Notes under the pieces: model-generated | Told to the model about the DNA's origin: nothing | The model's input: only the letters and a program-made list of their open reading frames with translations | The model's database searches: none | Part shown: piece after piece, positions 38,208-51,059 of the stretch | How the letters are laid out: every line of letters begins with the position of its first letter | How positions within the stretch are numbered: position 1 is the first letter of the stretch | Assembly (NCBI RefSeq): GCF_009834535.1 | Contig: NC_045696.1 | Coordinates: 54,996,001-55,060,000, forward strand | DNA length: 64,000 bases | Direction of reading: 5' to 3' | Source: Camelus ferus | Lineage: Eukaryota | Position numbers and translations under genes: made by a program

Positions 38208-38949
38208 GATAGGGAGGCAGTGTTGATGGGTACAACTGATATATATATAAGACAATTACTTTCTGGAGCATAAACGGGGGAATTAAACAATGCCTTACTT
38301 CTGTTACGTATTAACAACTCCCTGTACTATGGACTCCTTTTCAACCTCTAACAACCCCTTTTATGTGAATTTGCTCTGGGTAAATGCAGGAACACCAAGC
38401 TGTGAAATGTAAGCCGGGTGGTCAGACTGATGTCCACTGGTGGACAAAATGGTCAGAGAACTAACAGCTGCTAAAGGGAGAAGACAAGACAGAGTGGCCA
38501 GAGGGCCACAGTGTGTCAGGAAGACTGACTCAGATGAGGGGAGCAGTGAAATCATAGGGCTCTGGAACCCAGGACCACAGTCAGAGAATAGCTTTGCACT
38601 TGATCCTATGCACAAAGTATTATGGGAAATGGCAATAACTTAATTGGTCTACAATGGCTGTACCTCATGATTTGTGAACTACTTCAAAATATTTTTGGAT
38701 AAGGCACGGGAGAGAGAAATAAATATATGAAGAAAGGGGGAGAGAAAGAAGGTAAAAAGAAATGAAGGGAAAAAGGATAGAAGGGAAGAAGGAAGGAATA
38801 TAGGAAACACTGAGTAACATGCAGGTGAAAGGAAAGAAGACATAAAGACAGAGAAAGAAGGAAAGATAGTGGGAGGAAGGAAACATGTTGAGGGTTTATT
38901 ATCATATTTATTATACTTTACATAAATCTACTACATTTTTCCTATACTT

Positions 38950-39090
38950 AGTCTAGAGGGAGGTACTACTATTATCACTATTTTATATATGGAGAAACTG
39001 AGGCTTAAGGAAGTTGAGAAAACTCTTGAAGTTCATGTATCTGGTCAGTAGCAGAGCAGAGGTTCAATCAACAAAAACTAACTCCAGTAT
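38950..39090 (-). mobile_element. MIR SINE
   Basis: aggtactactattatcactattttatatatggagaaactgaggcttaaggaagttgag. Confidence 0.75.
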
Positions 39091-39922
39091 AAACAAACCA
39101 TAATATAGTAAAAGGAAAAGTATATTCTCTAACAGATGTTCTGAAAGCACAGAGGAGGAAACAAGGTTAATAGCATAATCTCATTCTACTCCCTGGGACT
39201 CTTGCAATTAGTATGGTTTAGGGTACTTTTCGGTATTTTTGTTTAAATTTATTTGCAAATTAATTTTGTTACTTTACTCCCTTTTTATTCAGAAAGAGCT
39301 ATAACTACATACTAATTTCTAACAGGAACTGAAAACACTTAACAAGATATGCTCTATTGTGTATAAGGTGTTAACATTGGGGCTTACATAGATTTTCTGT
39401 AGTATTCTGTTGCATTTGTTTGATAATTCTTAATAAACACACCTACTGATTCACACCTGTCACTCAGCAGCTACCCATTCTGTATCTTTATAGCTAAATT
39501 ATGCAACTGAAATAGATGGTATCTAAACAGAGATATGTTGTGCACATTTTTACCTAATTCATTTAAATATATATTATGCACACATGGAAAAAAATGCAAA
39601 GGGAACCAAAATGTGTACCATGAAATATATATAGGTGTCTCAGCCATTCAGTCACCTTTCCTAGAGGCAGCTGATATTTCCAATTTTTAGGATACCCTGC
39701 TGAAGATATTCAATGCATAGGCAAGCAAGTGTAGATACAAATACAGAAACATACTCATGAATGGTGACTTTCCTATTTGAATTCTTTTTTCACCTACTGA
39801 TAGAAAATAGAAAAGAGGAATAGTTAGCCAGTTAGATAGATAGATAATAGATATAAAATTATTTCATATTGATAATACAGAGCTGCTTCATTCTTTTTAG
39901 TGCCAAAGTATTCCATTTAATA

Positions 39923-39924
<2 letters not shown>

Positions 39925-39963
<39 letters not shown>
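39925..39963. repeat. (AT)15(AC)4 compound microsatellite
   Basis: Direct reading. Confidence 0.95.
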
Positions 39964-40160
39964 TACATGTATATAGTTTAGTATTCCCATTAATTTCTCT
40001 ATCACTCCTTGTTGATGAATATTTAAGTTGTTCTCATTCTGTGCTATTATAGACCATGTTTTAATGCCTCTTTTTGAATGAATGTCATTTGGGACATGTG
40101 TAAGTGTATTTGTAGAATAAATTCCTAGAAATAGAATTGCTGAATCAAAGGATATTTACA

Positions 40161-40797
40161 TAATGCTGCTATGAACATGGGATGCAATATATTTTCAAAT
40201 TAGTGTTCTTGTTTTCTTTGAATAAATATCCAAGAGCAGAATTATTTTTAATAACCAAGATATGGAAGCAACCTAAGTGCCCATTGACAGGTGAATCAAG
40301 GAAGAAAATGTATGCGTGCACACAAACACATATATACAATGGAATATTACTCAATCATAAAAAAGAATGAAACTTGCCATTTGCAACAACATAATGTACC
40401 CAGAGGGTATTATACTTAGTGAAATAAGTCAGAGAGAGAAAGACAAATACTGTATATTTTCACTTACATGTGGAATGTAAAAAACGAAACAAACAAATAT
40501 AACAAAACAGAAACAGACTCAGATACGGAGAACAAACTTGTGGCTACCACAGGGAAGAGAGATGAGGGGAGGGGCGAAATAGGTGACAGGGATTAAGACA
40601 TACAAACTACCAATTATAAAATACATAAGTCACAGGGATGTAATGTACATATAGGGAACGTAGTAAATATTTTATAATAACTTTGTATGGTATGTAATGT
40701 ATAAAGATATCAAATCACTATGTTGTACACCTGAAACTGATACAATTTTCTAAGTCAACTATATTTCAACAAATAAAACTTCTAAAAATTCAAAAAA
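40161..40797 (+). mobile_element. 5'-inverted (twin-primed) L1 3' end
   Basis: 40161-40236 is antisense L1 (LGYLFKENKNTNLK in ORF 40169..40354 minus); 40236-40797 is sense L1 from FLITKIWKQPKCPLT to the A-rich tail. Confidence 0.85.
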
Positions 40798-41082
40798 ATC
40801 AATTTTTAATAAATATTTGTCAAATTGGCTTCATAGACATTGAATCAATTTACATTCCTTCAGCAATATGAGTAACTACTTCATTGTATCAGTTATTTTC
40901 ATGTATGATTTTGCCAAGACAATAAGTAAAAAATGAAAGCAGTAATCCATTATTAATTCAATTTTTATTTTTTAATGAATAACCTTAAACTTCTTTTCAT
41001 ATATTCAAGAGCCAATACACTCATGCCTTGTGTATGATTTTTTTTTTAATATCCTTTACTCATACTTCCATGGGCTGTTGAC

Positions 41083-41168
41083 TGGGGCTGCCATGAATAG
41101 CTGTGTAAGATTCACTTCTGTATGACTGGCTCCCCTAGAATTACACAGGACATAATCTTTGCAGCCTG
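41083..41168. mobile_element. hAT MITE remnant (MER91-like)
   Basis: ggggctgccatgaatagctgtg ... tttgcagcctg inverted ends. Confidence 0.45.
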
Positions 41169-42959
41169 TCTGGAGCCTTGTTGTTAGTCATTCTCTATTC
41201 ATTTGTAGGCATTCTTTATATGTTATAAAAATTCATATTTTGTACCTTGATGTGAATGAGAAATAGCTCAGGTGATCAATTATCTTTTGACTCCATTTAA
41301 GTTTTAGTTGTTGAGTTTGTTTCTTCTTATGAAATCTAGTTTATCACTCTTTGATTTCAGTGTCTCTGGCATTTTGTGTCATATTTAAGAAAGTCTTTTC
41401 TACTCCAATAGAATAAATATAACTCTTTTATATTGTCTTCTATAACTTTCATGATTTCATTTCTTACATTTTAGTGTCTGATATAACAAATTGCTTCAGA
41501 TGTAAGAAATAAGAAAATGACATTTTTCTGCAAGGTTACTCAGTTATCCAAAAACCATTTACTAAATAACTTGTATTTTCTCCACTGTTAGATGCAATTC
41601 ATCTCTAACATATACTAAAACTCCATAACATTTGGATCTATTTCTGGAATCCTCATTCTGTTCCATGGATCTGTCTATTCACACATTAGTGCAATCCTGC
41701 CTTAATTATAATAGTCTCAAAATTGTTCCCCTATGATTGCTCTTTTTCAGGTTTTTCTTGGATATATTTTTCCATGACCTTCAGATTCACACTGGTTGGT
41801 CTTAAGACCTGTTGATATTTGGAGGGGGGACTAACGTTTTATTTATACATTAATTTGAGAGAAAAAACATCTTCATGAGAGTGAGTATTCCTATGCAAAC
41901 AGAAGGTAAGCCTTCTCATTTGTTTGAATTATCTTTTGCACCTGCCAATAGTGTTCATGTATTTTTTCTTCTTGAACATGTCTTGTTAAATTTATTCCTA
42001 TAATTTTACTGTTTTTGTTGTGACTGTTATAAATGGGATCTTTTAGACCATCGTTATTTTTCTTACTAGCTTTGTTTATCTATAGGAAGGCAACAGATTT
42101 TGGTTCATTAGTTTTATATTATGATACCTTATTGAATTCTTTTCATTTATAGACTTTTTTGGTTAATTATCTTGCATTTTCATGTAGACAGTTTTCAAGT
42201 AGACAATTATAACATATGCAGATAATTATATTCCTGTGTTTTTATTTATACATATTCTGCTTCTTTTTATTGTTTATTCATATTCCTATTACCTGAGGGA
42301 AAAACTTTAATAATCTAGGAGTTAACGGGCATCCTTGCTTTATCCCTGATGTTAGTAGAATTTTTTTTCTAGTATTTCATCAATAATAATGATGCTGGTT
42401 TTTGGTTTGAGGTAAATATATTTCTATTTTAAAAATTAATTTTTGTCAAGAATAGATTTTATCAAATGTCTTTCCATCATCTAAGACGAGTTCTCCCTTA
42501 CAATCTATTAATGTGGTGATTAATCAATAGATTTCCTAATATTTACCCATCCTAATATATCTGGAATAAGGTTCCATTTGGTCAAGGAGCATTATTATTT
42601 TACCATGCTGTTTGGTTAATACATCTCGCTTGTTAATATTTTCCTAGTAGAATACCACTTGGTTTTTAGTATTCAAACTTTATAAAACATATATATCTCT
42701 CAGTATGTTTTCCAGCTGATATTTTTATAGGAAACTATATTGACAGCTCCAAAATTCAATGTATCGTAGCTAACAAAATGATGTGCAGAAAACCCTCAAG
42801 TTACATTCCTCATAAAATTGGCACAATGTGTCGAATGTCAAGAAGGAGGATGTGCATAATAGTAATAGAAGAAACATTTAAAAATAGTCTATTGTCAGTT
42901 TTCCATTTCCCCCTTTTCTTCTTTCTCCTTTTCTTTCTTCCACTTCTCTTCTCTACCTG

Positions 42960-45760
42960 AACAACTCGCTCCAAAAGGCATTAGGTGGAACCAAGCAACA
43001 CAGGTGTCTGCACAGTGGTAAGAAGGGGCAAAAGCGGTGGCCCTGACTGAGGTGTCACAGCCTGAGGAGAATGAAGATGACATCCACGTGGGAGCGGAAA
43101 GGAGTGCCCAGCAGGGGTTTCATAAACTGAATGTGTTGAGCAGAGTGTACATGAAGGCTTAGGCAAGTGGCTCAGCATGAGGAGTTCAAACACAGGCAGC
43201 AGTAAGAAGAGCTTCCTCGCAACAAGATGGGCCCATGTAGAGTAGGGAGGGATAAAAGAGGGCAGTCATGTTATGCAGGAGAGGCAGGAGCAGCAATGCA
43301 GTATTGGTTATACATGCATAAAAAAGATAAAGTGAGTAAAAATATTAAGAATAAGGAGAGTCTAACTTTTCACTGTCAGAGAAGATAGTTAACAAACATA
43401 CATAGGGAGAAAACTAAAGTTAATACTGTGGTACTGGGTTAGAATTGGGAGGTGTTAGTAAAAATCTATAGATCTCAAGATACAGAGATAACTACAGATG
43501 CAAATATAGATGCAGACATGCACATGTGTATGCATATATTATGTAGCTTTGTTCATCAAGACAGCCTAGGGGCAGTGACGCCCCAAAAGTAATGAGGACA
43601 CCTAGCCCTCAGACCTTGGTTTATAAATACCATTCCCCACTACAGGAAACCAAGGATCCTTAGAGAAATGGCTGATTCCAAGGTTAGAATGGGAATAGTA
43701 CAAAAGAATCAGGAATATCTTGTCGTGAGAGGAAGAAAGTACTTAAATTATGACAAGGACATGTCAAAACCAGCTTGATGGAGCTCTCAATAGTTAAAAC
43801 AGATAATTTGAGCATAGAAATACACACTGGTATTAACAAATTATGACCTATTATTCAAAATAGGAATCCATGAATTCATATTGATATAGGTTAACGAATA
43901 TGTTGAAAGTTTGATGACGATCACAATATTTACATGGTTCCAAAGTACAACCCTCTCCTTAAATATTTATTAATTGTGAAGGGAAAAGAGTAAGTTACAA
44001 TGGCAAAGTCTTGCATAAACCAACCTTATCAAGTAATCAAAGATAATACCATCAGTTATGCGATAAATTGAATCATGCATCCACCTAATAGGAGGTAAAG
44101 AGAATGCAATGTCATTTCTGTAATATCTAGATGGGAAGAACATGGGAGGGGAAGAAGAGATTACTAGTTATTCCAATATTGCTAATAGTAGGAAATCAAT
44201 AGAAAATAACTAAGTAAGAAAAAAAAAAAAGGAACTTAGAAAATAACATAAAAGTGTTGGTATAAAAGTAAACATTAGTATAAAAATGCAACCTTCCTGA
44301 ACATCAGAAAGTATACTCAAAATTATTTAAAAAACAAATAATGGAAGAATAGATCATAACTTTTTCAGTGGTTATTTAGAAGAGACAGAATAGTGTGAAA
44401 GGAATAGGGAAAGAAGTTTGAGATCTTTGAATATATCTTTTCAAGATATGAGTTAGGAACTATAGCAGTATTTCCTCAAACAACTTTAACAATATTAAAA
44501 TTATAAATCAATCCCTTTAATTAAAAATAAAATAAATAAACCTAAATATGTATTCAGTCGAATAAACCATTCCAAGAGACTTTAAAACAGTAATTCAATG
44601 TTACATGACTAATAGAATATATTCTAGAGAAAAAAAAATACGAACAGGGTCTTCAACTTTTTTTTTACTAATCAAAATTATTTGTATTAGTGTAGTAGCA
44701 GATTTTTGCATCTGTGTATTCAGGGATAAAGCAAATGAATAACTGAGGGACATTTTTACCATTTTCAGCACCACCACTGAGAACTGTAATTTCTTCTATG
44801 TAAAAAAGGCAAGATAGTAGAAAGAAACAAGTAAAAACCCTCTTATTCTTTCTTTCAAACTCATAGAAGTATCAAAACAAACTCATGATATATTTTATCT
44901 TTAAAAAATACATCCTCGTTCTGTTCACTGAATAAATTTAGAAACAATGTCCAAACCAGTAGCAATGTGCACTCCTACTGTCCACACTGTAGTCTCTATC
45001 TGCCGTTTTATACTTAATGGAACCAAGACTTCTTAGAGAACTGGCTGATTCATTTCTGTATGAATCTGTAACACTCTGACATACCAGAGAAACTACCAAA
45101 GACTATTAAGTTGGGGTCAGAATAACTTACGAGCCAATCTGAAAAGGCTTTGACTATCAAAAATGGGGAGACCTGAGCATCAATTAGAACTAAAACTGTA
45201 ATGACCTGAAACATACCAAACATATTTCAAACTATTAGTTCAAATAATAGTAAAAAAAAATTTAACCTAATTGTTCAGTATGCAAATAGTCCCAATTTAT
45301 TATTTGAAAACTGGAAAACAGAAGGAAATAATCAGATATCCATGGAAATTTTCCCACATATCACCACAGGGTAATCATGTCAAGATAAAGGGAAGTGTGT
45401 CTTTTTATACAAATACTCTCAGTAATAAATGAAGAAGAAATGATAAAAGTAAAATATCACCATAACTAAATGGATTAATAACTGATCTAAGTAGTGAGTG
45501 TCAGGGACTGCTAGTAACCAGGCATTATATGCCTCCTGGTGGAAGAAGACAGAATCATGAATAAAACAGTCATGCTGACAACTTTGACACGCAATCTGAT
45601 CAAACTACCAATTTACAGGAAATAAGTGATGTTAAACTCCACCAAGGGGATGCAATTAGCAAAATTTAGAGTGTGGGAAACTCTCCAGAATAAATTGACC
45701 CAGGTTCTTCAACACAGAAATTACAAAATTAAATAAATAATACACAGGAGGAAAAAATGA
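42960..45760 (+). mobile_element. Two or more L1MC/MD-like 3' UTR fragments
   Basis: Recurrent block cagaccttggtttataaataccattccccactacaggaaaccaaggatccttagagaaatggctgattcc (~43610) and ggaaccaagacttcttagagaactggctgatt (~45020). Confidence 0.7.
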
Positions 45761-46029
45761 TTAAAGAAACAGAAGAGAGAGCCAGGAGATTAAGAAATTC
45801 TGGCACGTGAGAGGGTGCTCCCCTTATCTGCTATATCTGGACTACACACGGAGGCTCGTGTATATGATCCTAGATCTGCTGAAGACCACCATGTAGAGAC
45901 AAGTTGCATCAGAGTCAGGGCATCCCAGAAGAAAGCACTGAAGAGAAAAAGACTGTGTCCTGACGATGTCACATACCTCCCTCTGGAACCATCCAGCTAT
46001 AATTAAACAGGGTTCTCTGTACTTCAAAA

Positions 46030-47055
46030 ATAGGTTTTTAAAAGAATATTTATTGCTAAGTGTCAGTAGATTTTGGTCAATTCTCTCTTAGCATTGTTGG
46101 AGACATAGGAACTCGAAGATGGTAGTTACTTGAACAGTTATACAAAGAATACAGATAAATAATAGTTGTAGACCTGAAGGGAGGATTTGTTCTCCAATAC
46201 TCTTAGTCTGTACTAATCAGCATTTTATCATAATACAAAAGGCATACCTATCAGTTTTCACATGCACAAATCTAGGAGTCATCAATAAATAACATAAATT
46301 TAAATGAAGATTTAGAGATATAATATCTAGAAAAAATGAATTACAATGGATGCAATTCTATTTTATATGGATAAATGAATAGCTCTGCATAAAACCTAAA
46401 AACATCAATTTCACAGGCACAGAGAAAGAAAAAAAAGAATCTAACAAATCATGAGTAAAGGCCTGGAATTTCAATTGGATGCAAGTTCAACTGATCTGTC
46501 TATAATTGTGGCCAAAATAAAAACATACATATATATATAAAATTTTAATAGGAGTAGTATCTCTAAATCAACTAAAATAATAGTCCCACAACGGCATTTT
46601 TGCCTTTTGTGCTTGCCAGAGTATCAGTTCTTATTAACATATTTAAGGAAATAATTTTAAAAGTGGAAGACTCTGTAAGAGGGGAAAGGATGATTATCAA
46701 GAAAGCCTGTAATGGTTAATGATCTCAGACTGTTTAGCCTAAGGAAAATCAGACCACATGGCAACTCTGTTACTTAATGAAAGAAGTGAAGACATGTGAG
46801 AAAGGTACTCAATTTATTCTATGTAGATCCAAGAACTGGAACCCAAGGGTGGAAATTACAGAGCTGTAGGTTTGAGCTTAAGAAACGATTTTCTAACTAT
46901 CAAAGCTGTCTGAACTCAGAGGTTTCCTTATGGAGGCAGTAAACTCACTCATCACTGCAAATGCTCCCAATGATCCCCCTTTAGGTCTAGGTACCTCCCC
47001 ACTAAAGGGAGGTGGGAATTTGAGCTAAATGACCGTTATAGGCCCTTTACAAGTT
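46030..47055 (+). mobile_element. L3/CR1 LINE fragment with 3' end
   Basis: gactgtttagcctaaggaa...ggtggaaattacag...ttttctaactatcaaagctgtc...gaggcagtaaactcactcatcactg...ttgagctaaatgacc. Confidence 0.65.
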
Positions 47056-47729
47056 AATATCATATTATTAAATAAACCATACTAATAGTCAAATAGATCA
47101 GGTTTATTATCTGGCATTTTATAAACCTTATCTATAATAATAGGGTGATATTATTTTATGTTTGCTATTACCTATTCCTTAAAATTTATTAAGCCTGAAG
47201 AACAACAAACAAGAAAAACTCAGTTTCTCATATGTATTTGCTCCTGTTTGACTCCTATTTTTCCCCATCATGTCTCTCAATCTAACCAACTCAGCTAATC
47301 CACCAAGCATGCCACTTCATGCAATTAATAACACCTAATGTGCTGGCCAAAGTTTCCATTAAACTCTTACATTTTGTGAATCAGCAGCTACTAATTGATT
47401 TAAGTTGCTTCTTCCTTACTTTACTGATTGCCAAGGAAAAGTTCATAACAGATATATGAACATACTCTGCTGAGCATAATCTAAAACCACATAACATTTC
47501 ACAGCAAAAATCAAGTGAAAACTTGCCTAGATTCAGGGCACCTTATATGTTTAAAACTTACATTTGTAATTTATTGCATAAAATGGAATAAAAAAGCATA
47601 TTTCTCCTTGTTCCTTTTAATCTAAATATTATAAATTACATCAGAGTATATTTTGCCAAACTTGGGTGTTTATGATGTAACCCCAAATATCTCTAGTCTG
47701 TGTCACTCTAGATGGATGATTCATGAATC

Positions 47730-48450
47730 TGTAACTCAACTTATGCATTAAGTTTTTATTGAGTGGCTATTTGTCACATCTTGTCCTATACTCTGGGAAT
47801 AAAAGAGGAACAAAACAGTCATGATCCCTGTCTTCATGAAGCTTTATATCTAATAGAATAGACACCACTCATTATCACATCGATATATTATCAAACATAA
47901 AACTTGAGTTGTGATAACTGCTACAAATGAGAGCTACAGGGTGCTGTGAAGGCCTATGAATAATAGGATTAGACCTGATGAAGGTCAATGGTCGCTCCCC
48001 TAAAGTAGTGACGAGAGAGCTGATCTAAAGAATGAGTGAACATTCTCCCAGACACATCAAAGCACTGTGCAATTACGACATTGTTAAAGCTTTCTGGTGA
48101 ACCAACTATCTCATGTATAAATGAATGGAAGAAATCTGTGTGGCTAGAACCAAGAGGGGCATGAAAAAAAGAGCCTAGATCAAGATGAAGATGGAAAAAC
48201 AGGTAAGGCCAGACCAGACATACCCTTCAAAGGTATGTAAATATGTTTGGGATTGGATAAGCATTTCCAATTGCCACAGATCATTTGGCAAGAGGTGAGA
48301 GGTGTGATGAGGGAGAGTAGAAGGCAGTAAACCAGTTAGGAGGCCCTGTTACTTGTCCATTTGAGAGAAGGGTGGCTTGGATCGGATTGACCGTACAAGT
48401 AATGAAATTGCATTCAGGAGATATTTGGAAGGTAAATGTGTTAGGATTTA
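47730..48450 (-). mobile_element. L2 3' fragment
   Basis: tttattgagtggctatttgtc...gaacaaaacagtcatgatccctgtcttcatgaagctttatatcta...accagttaggaggc. Confidence 0.75.
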
Positions 48451-48546
48451 CATAAATCTAAATCTATCTTTTGCCTATAAATTAAATTTAAATAAACTGA
48501 GTTGTCTAGTGCCTCTTTATCCAAAGAATTCCCCAAATTTGTGAGC

Positions 48547-48925
48547 TGTATCAGTCAGGGTTCTCCAAAGAAACCAATCGGATACTCAGCAAAAGAGATT
48601 TATTCTAAGAAATTGGCTCACACAATTGTGGAGACTGGCAAGTCCAAAACTGGTTAGGCAAACCAGCAGGCTGGAAATTCAGGCAAAATCCCATGTTAGT
48701 CTGTGGGCAGAATTCCTTCTTCTCAGGAAAATCTCAGATTTAGTTCATAAGGCCTTCAAGTGACTGAATGAGGCCCACCTACATCATTTATGGTGCTTTA
48801 CTCAAAGTCAACTGATGGTAAATGTTACTCACACCCACCTTCACAGCAACATCTCAACTAGTGTTTGCCCAAATACCTGGGCACCATAGCTTAGCCACAT
48901 CGACACATAAAATTAAACCATTTCA
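48547..48925 (-). mobile_element. MLT2D-like ERVL solo LTR
   Basis: tgtatcagtcagggttctcc...gacacataaaattaaaccatttca; perfect TSD TGAGC at 48542-48546 and 48926-48930. Confidence 0.92.
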
Positions 48926-49879
48926 TGAGCCATGTATAAATTTACCTCTTTTGGTACCTCAGAGGGTCCCTCTGAGTTTGGCACTGAAATCTAGTGAACG
49001 AATCTATATGAACATTTCATGAATTTATTAGCTCAATAAATTAACTTTAATAAAATATTATTTCAGGCTTAGGCTTTCCAGGATTAAAAAATATATATTT
49101 TGTTTTCAATTTCCCTGATGTTAGGCTGTCTGTTATACTTATCTCCTTCCTCCAGCAACTGTAAGCTTCCCTGGATTGTCTAGAGTAACATAGATATTAA
49201 GAATAAGGAAAGATATATTATGTTAACTTTGATGCATGTCTTGGTCTAAGTTCAGTTTAACATGACCAAGGAACCAAGCTACATGACACTACCAATCTGT
49301 CCAACTTCTCAGCACATCTGTTAGGAATTTGACCATTGCAAGGTCCTCAGTGGATTAGCAAATCTGGAGGTTTTACTGAAAACTCCTAAGAAATTTATTA
49401 AAAGTTTTCATGAGGTCCAGTCATACCAAATACCTGCGGGAACTCATTTTAACAATCCTGGAGTCAAAGAAATGATCAGATTTTTCCTATATTTTGGTAT
49501 GCTGACTTCCTCATTTCTTTTCCTATACGAATCTCCCAGGTGTAAGTAACATCACCAACATCAGAACGATAACTTCTGTATGTGTATGTGTGTGTGTGTA
49601 CACGCATTTCATGTAAATCTTTGGCAAAATCTTAAGTCAAAATAAAGCATGCTTACTGATTTCTCTTTGCTGGAGTGTTGGTTTATAACTCATGGCCCCC
49701 AGCACATCACTGCCCCTCCCCCATCAAGACAGGCATACTGTGGAACTAATAGACACCTTTCCCCTGGTATTTCTGTAGTAAAGGCAGAATATCAATCTGT
49801 AGAATGAATGCAGTTCATCTTCCTGAGGGTAAAGAGTAAGCAGAATAATCTTCCTTTTTACTTCAAACTTTGGAGGACA

Positions 49880-50950
49880 AATGTCAAATAACTAGCTGGA
49901 ATTTTTAAACATATCTTTTGTCTCTTTCTGGGACTTACTATCTTTACTTACTACTTCTACTCTCTAATTTTTCTATTAATTTTTCTGGCCTTTATTCTTC
50001 CCTGCCACTGACTAAAAAATTTCCTCAATCTGAACTCCCCTCACTGTTTCATTTTCAACTGTATCCATTCTACTGTTTATCTCAGCTTCTGTGATCTTGA
50101 TTCCACTATTTTTTTTAGACCTAACATTTTTGTTTGATCGTTTGTATGAATTTTTCTGCTTCATCGCCTCCTGTAGCTCATTGAGCATGTTATTTTGCTT
50201 ACTGTAAATTCTTAATTCACCAGTTCCAGTAATTCCATCTTGTATGGTCTGTTGTTTTTCTTTACCGTAGTTCAATGTCTCAATTGCCTGGTTATTTTGG
50301 TCAGTGGACTTACGTGCCCCTGAGTCTATCAGCTACCATACCAAGTAATGTGTAAAGGAGAAGGTCCAATATCCAGTCCTTAGTTTTGTCCTTCTTGGTG
50401 AGTTGTAGAAGTGAAGCGAAAGCCCTGGGGAAGATTGCATCACAGGCGGCATTTCCTGCTCCCATTTATTGCCACATTTTACTAATTAGCAATCCATTTC
50501 TTAACCACCAGAATAAAGCAGCACTGGGAAGGGGCAGCCTCTTTACTAATTACCCAGCTGCCCTGGGAGTTTGGAGAAGCAAATACTTGAGAGCAGCCAG
50601 GCAGCCAGTCATTGGGCATCAGCTACTTACCCCAGCAACTCTTTTTATGACTTCATATCACCATCCAACACCCGGCAGCCTGAGCAGTTGTTGAGGTGAC
50701 GGGGTCAGCAATGATTGCCCAACTGTGGAGGAAAAGCAAGAGCAGGATTTACAAACCGCCATCTTCCACTGCTGTGTCTGGCTGACCTCTACTCTGAGCT
50801 ACTGTGACCTCCAACTTCAAGGTTTCTCATAGTTTTTGTGTTCATTTCTCAGGTTTAAGCTGCCCTCCAACCTCTACAATTGGTTGGTTTTAGAGAAGGA
50901 GCTCATAGCTCATGCTATATCACTTTTTTCAGGAACCAGAACCAAAACAT
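49880..50950 (-). mobile_element. Old L1/HAL1 ORF1 and 5' region fragment
   Basis: ORF 50012..50275 contains EINSRMDTVENE, like the ORF1p coiled-coil NSRLDxAEE motif. Confidence 0.55.
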
Positions 50951-51059
50951 AGTTTAGCTCCTAAAGCAAATATTATTATGTAGTAGAATGCAAGATTCAC
51001 ACAAAAATATCAAATAAAATACAAAAATTAAAATGCACTTTTGTTCTTACAGGAGATTT

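Larger units (their letters stand above)
39560..42640 (-). mobile_element. Old L1ME-like 3' end and ORF2 fragment hosting younger insertions
   Basis: Antisense phrases agaataaattcctagaaatagaattgctgaatcaaagg and cgggcatccttgctttatccctga. Confidence 0.7.
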
